64,000 nt of DNA from Smithellaceae bacterium. GTDB taxonomy: Bacteria; Desulfobacterota; Syntrophia; Syntrophales; Smithellaceae. The stretch is from assembly GCA_963663295.2 (NCBI GenBank), contig CAXXLA010000005.1, positions 792,840 to 856,839 of the forward strand. The letters run 5' to 3'. The notes under the pieces are model-generated. The model did no database searches. It was not told where the DNA came from and saw nothing but the letters and a program-made list of their open reading frames with translations. The position numbers and the translations under genes are program-made. Positions 47,907 to 56,847 of the stretch are shown here, piece after piece (within the stretch, counting starts at the first letter, position 1; each line of letters opens with the position of its first letter).

Positions 47907-48080
47907 TTATCTTTGCCATGTTTTGATCCGGCGCCTCATCTCTTCATCTGAGATGATTTCTTTCATCTTTTGCTTGGCCATGGCCATAACAGCTTCCCCC
48001 CTCTCATTTGAGAAGTCCTTCGATATCACCTCCATATCTATAGCACAGAGCATACTTATTTTCAATGATTTCTTCGTCAT
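47907..48080 (-). CDS. small hypothetical protein (57 aa), below the ORF-track cutoff
   Basis: The minus strand reads MTKKSLKISMLCAIDMEVISKDFSNERGEAVMAMAKQKMKEIISDEEMRRRIKTWQR. It is the first ORF of the cassette-like string. Confidence 0.4.
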   Translation of the reverse strand: MTKKSLKISMLCAIDMEVISKDFSNERGEAVMAMAKQKMKEIISDEEMRRRIKTWQR

Positions 48081-48155
48081 ATTAAATACTTCGGTGAACG
48101 GACGGTCAATTTAATCTCCAATAATTCAAAGAAAATTGATTCACGAAAAGCAGCA

Positions 48156-48295
48156 GAATTAACAATCTTCAGACGACCTCGTAAAAAGGCCGCTGGCAAG
48201 GCGCGCGAATCCCGGGAAGCGAGGCGTACTTAGCGTACGCCGCAACGACTCGGGAGGAAGCGGAACGCAGCATCCGGCTTTTTTACGAGGTCGTC
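48156..48295 (+). repeat. R1 structured repeat, copy c
   Basis: GAATTAACAATCTTCA leader, then GACGACCTCGTAAAAAGG...CTTTTTTACGAGGTCGTC. Its last bases overlap the TGA stop of dus. Confidence 0.85.
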
Positions 48296-49235
48296 AAATA
48301 AGCTCATCGAATATCCTATTCACCACATCAACATAGTTATCCCGGTGATGTGTTTTCAAGATTTTTTTTCTTATCTTATGGCTGTTTTCAAAAAAGCTGC
48401 CCAGGTATGTCCAGATTTCTTTCATTTTGTTCGTAATATGCGCGGGGCCGAATAATATTTCCGAATATACGGCAAATAACCGGTCATGAAATGCCCTGAT
48501 GATCTCCACTTTCTCAGGATAAGGCTTCACTATTTTCAATTTGATTTCTTCCGCCAGGAACGGATTTTCCAGGAGGCCCCGGCCGATCATCCAGCGATCT
48601 ATTGATCCGAACCGCTTCTCCAGCAGTTCCAGTTTGGAAACGGAATTGATATCACCGTTATAGACAATTCGGTGGTTCGAGAGTTCAAGGCACTTTTCGA
48701 AAATATCGAGATCAACTTCCCCTGTGTACATTTGCACGCCCGTCCGTGGATGAATGATCAGTTCCTCCAGCGGAAACCGGTTGAAAATCGGAATGAGCTG
48801 CAAGATCTCATCAGGATATTGCAGTCCTGTCCGGAGCTTGATCGATAACCGGGGTTTCAGGAACGGCATCGTTTTTTCCAGAAATGCTTCGACCCGGTCG
48901 GGGTAGCAAAGAATGCCCGCTCCCCTGCCCTTCTTCACAACTATGCGAAAAGGACAGCCGATGTTCCAGTTAACGGTGCCGCAGCCAATGTCATACAACG
49001 CATTGGCAAACTTTATAAAGTCATCCGGTGAGGAGCTCATTATCTGCGGGATCGTGGGAATGCCCGTATTTTTCTCAGGGTAGAGTTCACGCAGTATATA
49101 ACTGTCCGGTTTCATTTTCTTCGACGGGGAGATAAAGGGCGCCATCGCCAGATCCACTCCTTGGAAGTAAACGGGAAACAGATTGCGGTAAATTATGTCC
49201 GTTGTTCCCTGAATTGGTGCGAGGTAAATGATCAT
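48294..49235 (-). CDS. tRNA-dihydrouridine synthase family protein
   Basis: LAPIQGTTD N-terminus and a TIM-barrel FMN-enzyme pattern typical of Dus. 313 aa. Confidence 0.7.
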   Translation of the reverse strand: MIIYLAPIQGTTDIIYRNLFPVYFQGVDLAMAPFISPSKKMKPDSYILRELYPEKNTGIPTIPQIMSSSPDDFIKFANALYDIGCGTVNWNIGCPFRIVVKKGRGAGILCYPDRVEAFLEKTMPFLKPRLSIKLRTGLQYPDEILQLIPIFNRFPLEELIIHPRTGVQMYTGEVDLDIFEKCLELSNHRIVYNGDINSVSKLELLEKRFGSIDRWMIGRGLLENPFLAEEIKLKIVKPYPEKVEIIRAFHDRLFAVYSEILFGPAHITNKMKEIWTYLGSFFENSHKIRKKILKTHHRDNYVDVVNRIFDELI

Positions 49236-49353
49236 TCTTCTTAATCTTGGTTTCCTTTAGCTCTTATATTTCCAGGTTCGAATTAATCGCCGCACTTGTT
49301 ACCGACTACAGAGAGTTTGTCAAGGCCATCTTTATGCCTGTTGATCTTCTCAA

Positions 49354-49382
49354 TTGACTCTCCGGCACCTCCCGCATATACT
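49354..49382 (+). promoter_or_regulatory. sigma-70-type promoter
   Basis: TTGACT, 17-nt spacer, TATACT, about 64 nt upstream of the ATG at 49446. Confidence 0.45.
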
Positions 49383-49445
49383 CCTTGTAAAAAAACCGGC
49401 CAACACCAAAACCGGAGCATGCCGTGATTTTCTTGAGGGTATCCG

Positions 49446-50183
49446 ATGAATATTCAATTTATTGAGGCTTTCTGGAGCAGCGATGAAGACGGAGAATACA
49501 GCGCCCGCTATACGGCCAAATCGTTCTGGTCAGGATTCGGTGATGCCTGGTGCTGGGAAAATGACGCCGTGCCGTTGTACATCACCCTGGCCACGATCGA
49601 TGAAACAGATGCCCTGGCCAATCAATTGAACCTTTTTCGCAACAGCATCGGCCCCGGCATTATGATTCTCAGCGCACATGGTCAAGACCCGGAAGAAGGA
49701 CGCCGGCATTTGCAGCTGCGCAGCAATCAGGGAGAAAATATTCCAATCGGCTGGCACGATCTCCGCAACATGATCAACGCCGCCGGGAATGCGCAATTGC
49801 ACAACAAGGTTCTTATAATTGACTCATGCAGTTTTTGCGCTGACGGACAGGAAGCATTAAAAACAGTTGAAGAAACGCAATTGGGTTTACTCTGCGGTTT
49901 TGCCAATGATATTGAACCCATCGATTCCATGCTGCTCGAAATCGCCTTTGTCAATTACCTGCTCTGGGAGTGGTGGGATGGTGAAAGAGCTTTCCAGACG
50001 GAATTTCTCCAGAGGGCGGCAAATCCCTTCGGGGCTGCATTCCTGAAAAGATATGGTACTTTATCGCGGGAACTGGGCTTTCGAGCCTGGCGGTGGACCG
50101 GTGAGAAGGCAGAGGAGATCGGCATCTCGCCGCTCTCATCACCGGATGCTCTTGTGGCAACATCTGATTCCGGGGATAATTAG
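49446..50183 (+). CDS. hypothetical protein with caspase/CHAT-like His-Cys dyad pattern
   Basis: A hydrophobic strand followed by SAHG (H78), and a hydrophobic strand followed by DSC (C128), 50 residues apart. This is the arrangement seen in peptidase C14 / CHAT folds. Confidence 0.5.
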   Translation: MNIQFIEAFWSSDEDGEYSARYTAKSFWSGFGDAWCWENDAVPLYITLATIDETDALANQLNLFRNSIGPGIMILSAHGQDPEEGRRHLQLRSNQGENIPIGWHDLRNMINAAGNAQLHNKVLIIDSCSFCADGQEALKTVEETQLGLLCGFANDIEPIDSMLLEIAFVNYLLWEWWDGERAFQTEFLQRAANPFGAAFLKRYGTLSRELGFRAWRWTGEKAEEIGISPLSSPDALVATSDSGDN

Positions 50184-50223
50184 GAACGGAACAATCGAGA
50201 GCAGCGCCCTGTATTTTTCATCG

Positions 50224-50910
50224 TCACTCGTATTCTTCCAAATAGTTTTCAATGTATTCGCGCACTTTTCTTTTGGGCTGATATATGCCGAAATGCCCTT
50301 CGCAGAGGATGTCGGCTTCGAGACCGAGGAGCAAATGCATAGACTTTTTCCAGTCCTCGATATTCGAGCCGAATGCTTTGTGAAAGGGGCCGTGAATATC
50401 CTGCCCGAATAATACTCTCTTGCCGTCGCGATCCAGATAAGCGGCAATGGAGCCGGGGGTATGACCGGGGGTATGCAGCCAATGCAATTTTTCCGATCCG
50501 AATTGCAGGACTTCCTCTTTGCCTTTAAGTTTCAGGTCTATTTTCGTCGGCGGGAAATTAGCGCCATACCAGTTGGCAGCGGTACGGACGTCATCACCTT
50601 TTTCGACAGCCGGGGCATCCAGTTCATGAATGACAATTTTCGTCTGGAAATTCTTTTGAAAAAACGGCGCGGAACCGATGTGATCGATGTGGCAATGCGT
50701 TAATATCAGATGGGATATACGGCTCGCGTTGAATCCCAGCATCTGAATATTTTGAATGATTTTCGCCGTGCTGCGCCCTGCTCCGGAATCAATCAGGATA
50801 ACATCGTCGGCAAAATCGATCAGATAAACTGCCGCATCATCCGCCGAGGTCAGATTAGATCCGCCTACCTGATAAACACCGCGAATTATTTCTTCAGCTT
50901 TTATTCTCAT
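50224..50910 (-). CDS. MBL-fold metallo-hydrolase
   Basis: LILTHCHIDHIG (HxHxDH) plus downstream His motifs (TPGHTPGS). Confidence 0.85.
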   Translation of the reverse strand: MRIKAEEIIRGVYQVGGSNLTSADDAAVYLIDFADDVILIDSGAGRSTAKIIQNIQMLGFNASRISHLILTHCHIDHIGSAPFFQKNFQTKIVIHELDAPAVEKGDDVRTAANWYGANFPPTKIDLKLKGKEEVLQFGSEKLHWLHTPGHTPGSIAAYLDRDGKRVLFGQDIHGPFHKAFGSNIEDWKKSMHLLLGLEADILCEGHFGIYQPKRKVREYIENYLEEYE

Positions 50911-51006
50911 AGAAATAACCTTCTGCTTCCGTTATTGCCGATTGGGCGGCATACAGATTTCCGGTAAAAACAAAACAACAAATTACCGCAAATATCATTC
51001 TGAGCA

Positions 51007-51942
51007 TTAAGCTCCTTGTTCGTTGAAGGTACCGATCACTTCATTGACATCTTTAATATTATTATATCGGAGATAGTCCTGCATTCCGTCCAGGATGTCC
51101 GTCGTGGCATGGGGATTGACGAAATTAGCAGTACCCACCTGCACGGCCCTGGCTCCCACTACCATAAATTCCAGGGCATCGCTCGCGGTCATAATTCCGC
51201 CGATGCCGATAACCGGAATGGAGACGCGCCTGACCACCTGCCAGACCATCCGCAGGGCGACTGGTTTAATGGCCGGACCGGAGAGGCCGCCGGTTATATT
51301 TTTCAAATGCGGGGTTCTTGTCTTTAAATCAACCGACATGCCGGTTAAAGTGTTGATTAAGGATACGGCGTCCGCTCCTGCCTTTTCCACGGCCACGGCG
51401 ATTGCCGTAATATCCGTGACATTGGGAGTAAGTTTGATGATGACCGGCAAATCCGTTTCTTCCTTAACCTTACGGGTTACCAAAGCGGCTATTTTAGGAT
51501 CGCAGCCGAAGCTTAAACCGCCTTTTTTCACGTTAGGGCAGGAAACATTTACTTCCAGGGCGTGCACGCCTTCGACTGAGCTTAACTTTCTGGCTACTTT
51601 TTGATATTCGCTGTAAGATTCACCGTAGATATTGGCGACTACGGCAACGTCATGTTTTCTTAAAAAAGGCAGCTTTTCTTCGATAAATACGTCAACTCCG
51701 ATATTCTGCAAACCAATAGCATTAAGCATTCCGCTGGCTGTTTCCATAATGCGGGGCGACGGATTGCCCGGGCGCGGCTGCAGCGATAAGCCTTTTACCA
51801 CTATCGCCCCCAACCGGTTCAAATCTACATATTCAGAGTATTCTTCACCGTACCCGAATGTGCCGGATGCCGTCATCACCGGATTCTTCAGCCTGAGCTT
51901 TCCTATCTGCACAGCCATCTGCGGGGATGTTTTTGTTTTCAT
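51007..51942 (-). CDS. pyrD: dihydroorotate dehydrogenase, class 1B catalytic subunit
   Basis: [11 protein letters not shown] active-site loop and an FMN-binding GIGGI tail. It is paired with pyrK. Confidence 0.9.
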   Translation of the reverse strand: MKTKTSPQMAVQIGKLRLKNPVMTASGTFGYGEEYSEYVDLNRLGAIVVKGLSLQPRPGNPSPRIMETASGMLNAIGLQNIGVDVFIEEKLPFLRKHDVAVVANIYGESYSEYQKVARKLSSVEGVHALEVNVSCPNVKKGGLSFGCDPKIAALVTRKVKEETDLPVIIKLTPNVTDITAIAVAVEKAGADAVSLINTLTGMSVDLKTRTPHLKNITGGLSGPAIKPVALRMVWQVVRRVSIPVIGIGGIMTASDALEFMVVGARAVQVGTANFVNPHATTDILDGMQDYLRYNNIKDVNEVIGTFNEQGA

Positions 51943-51951
51943 GCTCTTCGA

Positions 51952-52782
51952 TTACTCCCAGATAACATCTTCGAGATTAAACACAGGGCCGTCCGAACAA
52001 ACTCGTCTGTAGACAGCCTTGCCTGTTTCATCTTTGACGGCTACCGCACATCCCATGCAGGCGCCGGTTCCGCAGGCCATCCGCTCTTCCAGCGAAACCT
52101 GACAAAGGAAACCGGTTTTGGCAAGTATTCCGGCCAGTGTTTTCATCATTCCCCTGGGGCCGCAGGCATAAATCGCCGTATTTGCGGGATCATATTTTTT
52201 AATGTCTTTTTGAAAGGCGCGGGTTACAAACGCTTTCTGTCCTGATGTCCCGTCATCGGTGCAAACATGCATATTACCACATAATTCCGTCAACTTGTCC
52301 AGGCAGACAATTTCTTTTGCCGTTTTCGCGCCCACGTAAAAACTCAGGCAGGACGGCTCAACGCCCGCATCCTTGCAGAAATATTGCGCGAGCATTGATA
52401 AAGGCGCCACGCCGATGCCACCGGCAATAAAGACAATATTTTCTTTTTCCGGAAAGATTTTGTAGCTGCCACCCAGCGGGCCATGAATTTCGACCGCAGA
52501 TCCGGAAATAAGGCTGGACAATATTTGCGTTCCTTTGCCGACAACGCGATAGAGAAGCTCTATTTCAGAGGAAGACTTTTTCCGGGAAAAAGAATAGATG
52601 CTGATCGGCCGGCCTAAAAACGGTTCGACAAGCCCGGCAACTCTGATCATGATAAACTGTCCGGGCAAAGGTTTGCCAAAAGCTACAGGCAGCACAATTT
52701 TCATCAGGAAAAATTGAGGCTGAATTTCTTCGTTTTTTAATACTTCACCGATGTAAATATCCTTCGCCATTCCAACACTCAT
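51952..52782 (-). CDS. pyrK: dihydroorotate dehydrogenase electron-transfer subunit (FAD / 2Fe-2S)
   Basis: RPISIYS FAD motif and C-terminal CGTGACMGCAV cluster motif. Confidence 0.9.
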   Translation of the reverse strand: MSVGMAKDIYIGEVLKNEEIQPQFFLMKIVLPVAFGKPLPGQFIMIRVAGLVEPFLGRPISIYSFSRKKSSSEIELLYRVVGKGTQILSSLISGSAVEIHGPLGGSYKIFPEKENIVFIAGGIGVAPLSMLAQYFCKDAGVEPSCLSFYVGAKTAKEIVCLDKLTELCGNMHVCTDDGTSGQKAFVTRAFQKDIKKYDPANTAIYACGPRGMMKTLAGILAKTGFLCQVSLEERMACGTGACMGCAVAVKDETGKAVYRRVCSDGPVFNLEDVIWE

Positions 52783-52880
52783 AAAAATTGAACTAATCGA
52801 CTATTTCCGATGATTTTGTAAAAAGCTCCATAGGCATCAGAACAAGGGGTTGCAACCCCTTGTTCTACATCGACTTGGTG

Positions 52881-53354
52881 TCACACGTCCGCCCACATTA
52901 TCAATGCATCCTCATGCGTATCCGTATAATACAGCGGCCTTCTTCCTTTTACTACAAAACCGCATTTGCGGTAAAGATTAATTGCTCCGGTATTCGATTC
53001 CCGAACTTCCAGCGTCTGAGATTTTACTCCCGCCTGCTTTGATATTTCTCTCATTATATTCATAAAGCCTTGTGCCAGACCCTGCCTGCGAAATTCTTTC
53101 TTTACGGCAATATTATGTAAATGCGCTTCATCGGCGATTATCCAGAATATCATATAGCCGCCGATCGTACTTTTATTGTCGTAAGATAGTCTGGCAACCA
53201 GACACTGGGCATGCGCAACTTTAAGTTCATCAAGAAACATCCCCTCTGTCCAGGGCGATGTAAATGATTCCTTTTCAATCGCCAGAATTTCGGATAAATC
53301 TTTTTTGCCTATCAAATCAATGACTACCTGCATGACATCATTTTCAGGACACAT
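52881..53354 (-). CDS. rimI: GNAT N-acetyltransferase, RimI-like
   Basis: IAVKKEFRRQGLAQGFM acetyl-CoA motif. Start uncertain: ATG at 53354 after GGGAG, or the track's TTG at 53372. Confidence 0.7.
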   Translation of the reverse strand: MCPENDVMQVVIDLIGKKDLSEILAIEKESFTSPWTEGMFLDELKVAHAQCLVARLSYDNKSTIGGYMIFWIIADEAHLHNIAVKKEFRRQGLAQGFMNIMREISKQAGVKSQTLEVRESNTGAINLYRKCGFVVKGRRPLYYTDTHEDALIMWADV

Positions 53355-53486
53355 GAGAAAACTCCCGGGCAATAAAAATAATTAATATTGTTTTTTGCAT
53401 ATTGTCAGTTGGGAATAGAAACAATAAAGGTGGTAAATTGTAAAAATGAAAGGCACACATACTTTCAGAATCAGACGGCAGTTAAA

Positions 53487-53684
53487 CCTGCCTGCAACCA
53501 CATTATTCCATTTCCAAATCAAGCTCTACCTTTGCTGGCAAAGCCTGCCCCGGCGCAGGCCGGGGTCGTCGGCTTCCTCAACGCATGTATAATACGCCTC
53601 GTCGCCTCTTCCCCCGCTGGCGGGGGTAGGGGGTGGTTGCCGCCGCGGTATCATCTTTGATTTGGAAATGGAATTACAGGCAGG
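53487..53684 (+). repeat. R2 structured repeat, copy b (long form)
   Basis: CCTGCCTG...TTATTCCATTTCCAAATCAA ... TTGATTTGGAAATGGAATTACAGGCAGG, with internal GC hairpins GCCCCGGCGCAGGCCGGGGT and CCCCCGCTGGCGGGGG. Confidence 0.85.
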
Positions 53685-53697
53685 CTTTGTCAATTGC

Positions 53698-54108
53698 TCA
53701 TCCTGCTGCTTTTTTTCTTAATATTTCACTGGCCACGGATATATTTTTTTTACCATATTCTTTAATCATGCAGGCATATTCATTTAAAGTCATGTCACTT
53801 TTTTCATACGACAATTTCAGCATCATAGGTAAATTAACCCCGGTGACTACTTCCACTTTTCCTTCTTTTAAAAAAGATAACGAAAAATTGGACGGCGTTC
53901 CGCCGAAAAGGTCGGTAAGAATCAAAACACCTTTCCCTTTATCCAGTTTTTTTATGGCATTGCCTATTTCTTTTTTCAAATCTTCGGCACTTTTTGTCTG
54001 ATCCGCCGGAATATGCATAACACCTTTGAGCGGGCCCTTAATCAGCTCAGCCACTCTAATAAGTTCCTCACCCAAACTGCCATGCGTAGTTATAAGCACA
54101 CCAATCAT
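53698..54108 (-). CDS. PTS EIIA component, mannose/fructose class
   Basis: MIGVLITTHGSLGEEL (active-site His) and VLILTDLFGGTP. Confidence 0.85.
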   Translation of the reverse strand: MIGVLITTHGSLGEELIRVAELIKGPLKGVMHIPADQTKSAEDLKKEIGNAIKKLDKGKGVLILTDLFGGTPSNFSLSFLKEGKVEVVTGVNLPMMLKLSYEKSDMTLNEYACMIKEYGKKNISVASEILRKKAAG

Positions 54109-54219
54109 TATTGTTTCCTCTATAAAAGCCTCTTACATGAAATTTTTCCGACATTCTCCTACCGGCAAAATCGTGGTAAGCTAATTTATTGCCGTGTAAT
54201 TGTCAAGATTTATAACAAT

Positions 54220-54882
54220 TTATTTTGGTTGAGGATAACCTACCGTGTGCACCAGAATAATTTTCTGTTTATCACGCAATTGCATGTCTTTCGCCAGCCG
54301 GTCCTTGTCCACCATACCGCGCAGAACCGTATTCAAACCCGCGGAAGCACAATACAAATAAACATTCTGAGCAATGAAGCCGGTATCCACGGAAGAGTAG
54401 ATGATCTTGTCTTCTTCCGATCCAATTCCCATTTTCGAGTAATCCGCCACGTAGATCAGCTGCACCGGTGCACCGGCGACCTGAGTTCTTGCAGGCTGTA
54501 AAACGGCAACCGTATTTTTGCGCAGATCCTTTTTTAATACCGGATTGAGAGTATGAGTTTTAGCATTATAAAGATAAAGCCCCTCTTCCAGGGCGACATA
54601 TACATCAATTTCCTGCCAGTTAAGGGCGGAGGGAGCTGTGCGCTTGCCGCTTTCCGGCCGGTTGATTCCGCAGGCAGCCCAGAGAAGGCTGGAAAGAACT
54701 TCCGGCGGCAGTTTTTTGCTGCTGAATGACCGGGACGTTTTCCTCTCCTGCAAAGACTGCATGAGAGATTTTCCTCCTTTAAGATCAGGCGGTGGAAGTT
54801 TAACCGGATTCAGGTCGGCGGCAATGGTAGAAGAAACAAAGCAAAATATTATAGCGACGGCAAACAATACATTTTTCAACAT
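54220..54882 (-). CDS. nitroreductase-family protein with signal peptide (SagB-type dehydrogenase-like)
   Basis: RKTSRSFSSKKLPPEVLSSLLWAACGINR. Start at MLKNVLFAVAIIF after AGGAGG. Confidence 0.75.
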   Translation of the reverse strand: MLKNVLFAVAIIFCFVSSTIAADLNPVKLPPPDLKGGKSLMQSLQERKTSRSFSSKKLPPEVLSSLLWAACGINRPESGKRTAPSALNWQEIDVYVALEEGLYLYNAKTHTLNPVLKKDLRKNTVAVLQPARTQVAGAPVQLIYVADYSKMGIGSEEDKIIYSSVDTGFIAQNVYLYCASAGLNTVLRGMVDKDRLAKDMQLRDKQKIILVHTVGYPQPK

Positions 54883-54914
54883 AATATCCTCCTTTTTGTA
54901 TTTTACGGTTTGCG

Positions 54915-55045
54915 TTAATACCAGTTGCATTCAAAGCATAACGCGGCGGCAAGGAGGAGGCTCCGCAGGCGTATTACTAATACGTTGAGGAAGCCGACGA
55001 CGCAGCCAACAAAGTTAGGCAAAGAACGCAACTTGGTATAAGTAA
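54915..55045 (-). repeat. R2 structured repeat, copy d (inverted, degenerate termini)
   Basis: GCGTATTACTAATACGTTGAGGAAGCCGACGACG is the reverse complement of the R2 core. Confidence 0.7.
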
Positions 55046-55047
55046 AT

Positions 55048-55311
55048 CTATAAAACTATTTTTATAGCCCGATGAGCCTTAAACGCACTATACAATTCCA
55101 TTCGATGAGATTCGCTCTCCACTACCAGCTCCACGTTCAAAGAAATGTACCGCGCTGTTTCACTGATGCGTGAAAAAGAGACTTTACACGGCCGGTCCTG
55201 AATAATTTCCGCTACGGCTGTCTGCATTTCATCCTGGTTCGTACCGATGATCTTATAAATCCACTGACAGGGATACTCCAGGTGCAGCTTATGTCTGTTA
55301 TTATCGAACAA
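55048..55311 (-). CDS. DUF493 (YbeD-like) protein
   Basis: LEYPCQWIYKIIG and a length of 87 aa are typical of the YbeD family. Confidence 0.75.
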   Translation of the reverse strand: MFDNNRHKLHLEYPCQWIYKIIGTNQDEMQTAVAEIIQDRPCKVSFSRISETARYISLNVELVVESESHRMELYSAFKAHRAIKIVL

Positions 55312-55315
55312 TATT

Positions 55316-56059
55316 TTACTCCGTAATTTCTTTTCTCAACTTCACCGGCTGAATCTGTTGCTTCCGCAAGCGCAGATTGATCATTTCCACCGAAACGGAA
55401 AATGCCATGGCAAAATATATATAACCTTTCGGAACATGTACATCGAAACCTTCAACAATTAATGTAACACCGACGAGGATGAGAAAAGACAAAGCAAGTA
55501 TTTTTATAGTCGGATGAGCATCTACAAAGTCTGAAATCGGCTTGGCGGCAAACAACATGACACCGACGGCCAGAACGATCGCTATCGCCATGATTGAAAG
55601 ATGCCGAGCGAGCCCGACAGCCGTGATGACGGAATCCAGTGAAAAAACAATATCAAGTACAGCAATTTGAAAAAGAACCGCCGCCATTGTAACTTTTTTT
55701 ATTATTGGCTTGCTTTGCTCAGTTCCTTCCAGGCTGGTGTGAATTTCATGGGTCGCCTTGGCCAGAAGAAACAATCCTCCTCCGATTAAGATGATATCGC
55801 GTCCGGAAATATCCTGCCCGAAGATTGAAAACAAGGGCTGAGTTAAATTGGCCACCCAAACAATGGAAAATAATAATAACAGGCGTGTAAGCATTGCCAG
55901 CATCAGGCCTATATTGCGGCCAAGATCTCTTTTTCGGGCGGGAAGACGTCCCACCAGAATGGAAATGAAAATAATATTGTCGATGCCGAGAACAATTTCC
56001 AAGGCTGTCAGTGTTCCCAGTGCAATCCATGCTTCCGGATTAGTAACCCATGTAAACAT
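55316..56059 (-). CDS. TerC-family integral membrane protein
   Basis: LEIVLGIDNIIFISILV and LDIVFSLDSVITAVG paired TerC motifs. Confidence 0.85.
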   Translation of the reverse strand: MFTWVTNPEAWIALGTLTALEIVLGIDNIIFISILVGRLPARKRDLGRNIGLMLAMLTRLLLLFSIVWVANLTQPLFSIFGQDISGRDIILIGGGLFLLAKATHEIHTSLEGTEQSKPIIKKVTMAAVLFQIAVLDIVFSLDSVITAVGLARHLSIMAIAIVLAVGVMLFAAKPISDFVDAHPTIKILALSFLILVGVTLIVEGFDVHVPKGYIYFAMAFSVSVEMINLRLRKQQIQPVKLRKEITE

Positions 56060-56209
56060 TTTTTTCTCCGTTCATTTTGTTGTTCGGCAGATTATCAAAT
56101 AAATGTAGCACAAAATGATTCAATGGAGAAACAGGAATTTCAATAAGAATACGATGGGATAAGCAACAGTACCGGGACGGCATCTCGGCTGCGCAAAGAA
56201 TCTTGCGCC

Positions 56210-56383
56210 TTATTCCAATTCTAAATCAAGCGCTATCTTTGTTGGCACAGCCTGCCCCGGCGCAGCCCAGGGTCGTCGGCTTCCTCAACGCATGTACAAT
56301 ACGCCTCGTTGCCCTGTCCCCCGCTGGCGGGGGTCGGGGGTGGTTGCCGCCGCGATATCATCATTGATTTAGAAATGGAATAA
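56210..56383 (+). repeat. R2 structured repeat, copy c (long form)
   Basis: TTATTCCAATTCTAAATCAA...TTGATTTAGAAATGGAATAA. Both arms carry the same C-to-T change relative to copy b. Confidence 0.85.
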
Positions 56384-56405
56384 GGGAATGCTGATGCTGT
56401 ATATT

Positions 56406-56840
56406 TCAGGAATCAGCCTGATAATCATCCAGAGACAAAACCTGCTTTGTCAGCTCAGTTATTAAATCGTCGTTCAGTTCAGAAAGCGAAACCTTTCTCA
56501 AGCATCCAGGCACTTCCATATCGGAGAGAACGAACTTGGGCAGGCTGCTGTTTTTGAAGCCCTCGACAACGGCATATTCAACTCCTTCGGCCTGAAGATC
56601 GGCCAGCGCTGAATTCAAGTCACCGCGGTCCCGTGTCACCTTGAGCCTGGCATCGCCCAGGCCGATGACGACATCCGCCCCGGCATCGAAGTGGCGCTTG
56701 GTATCGCCTTGATCCACGGGGTGCGTAACCATATTTTTCACCGTTCCCACCCTGCCGTATCTGGACAAAGAACTGACAAGGGCGGCAACCAAAGTGGTCT
56801 TGCCCGTTTTCTTGGTTCCTACTACGGATATCACTTTCAT
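56406..56840 (-). CDS. mobB: molybdopterin-guanine dinucleotide biosynthesis adapter MobB-like P-loop protein
   Basis: MKVISVVGTKKTGKTTLV Walker A and a size of 144 aa. Confidence 0.75.
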   Translation of the reverse strand: MKVISVVGTKKTGKTTLVAALVSSLSRYGRVGTVKNMVTHPVDQGDTKRHFDAGADVVIGLGDARLKVTRDRGDLNSALADLQAEGVEYAVVEGFKNSSLPKFVLSDMEVPGCLRKVSLSELNDDLITELTKQVLSLDDYQADS

Positions 56841-56847
56841 GTTTAGG

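Noticed and set aside
51095-51604. 169-aa ORF antisense to pyrD, and similar shadow ORFs in pyrK, the RND pump, the MCP and the permease genes
   Set aside because: They are typical antisense shadows within strongly supported genes. The translations are Ala/Thr/Ser/Pro-rich with no motifs.
13919-56383. Whether the dispersed R1 and R2 repeats could be a CRISPR array
   Set aside because: The copies are 125-200 bp long, kilobases apart, in mixed orientation and internally palindromic with long terminal inverted arms. There are no regularly spaced short repeats or cas genes in the window.
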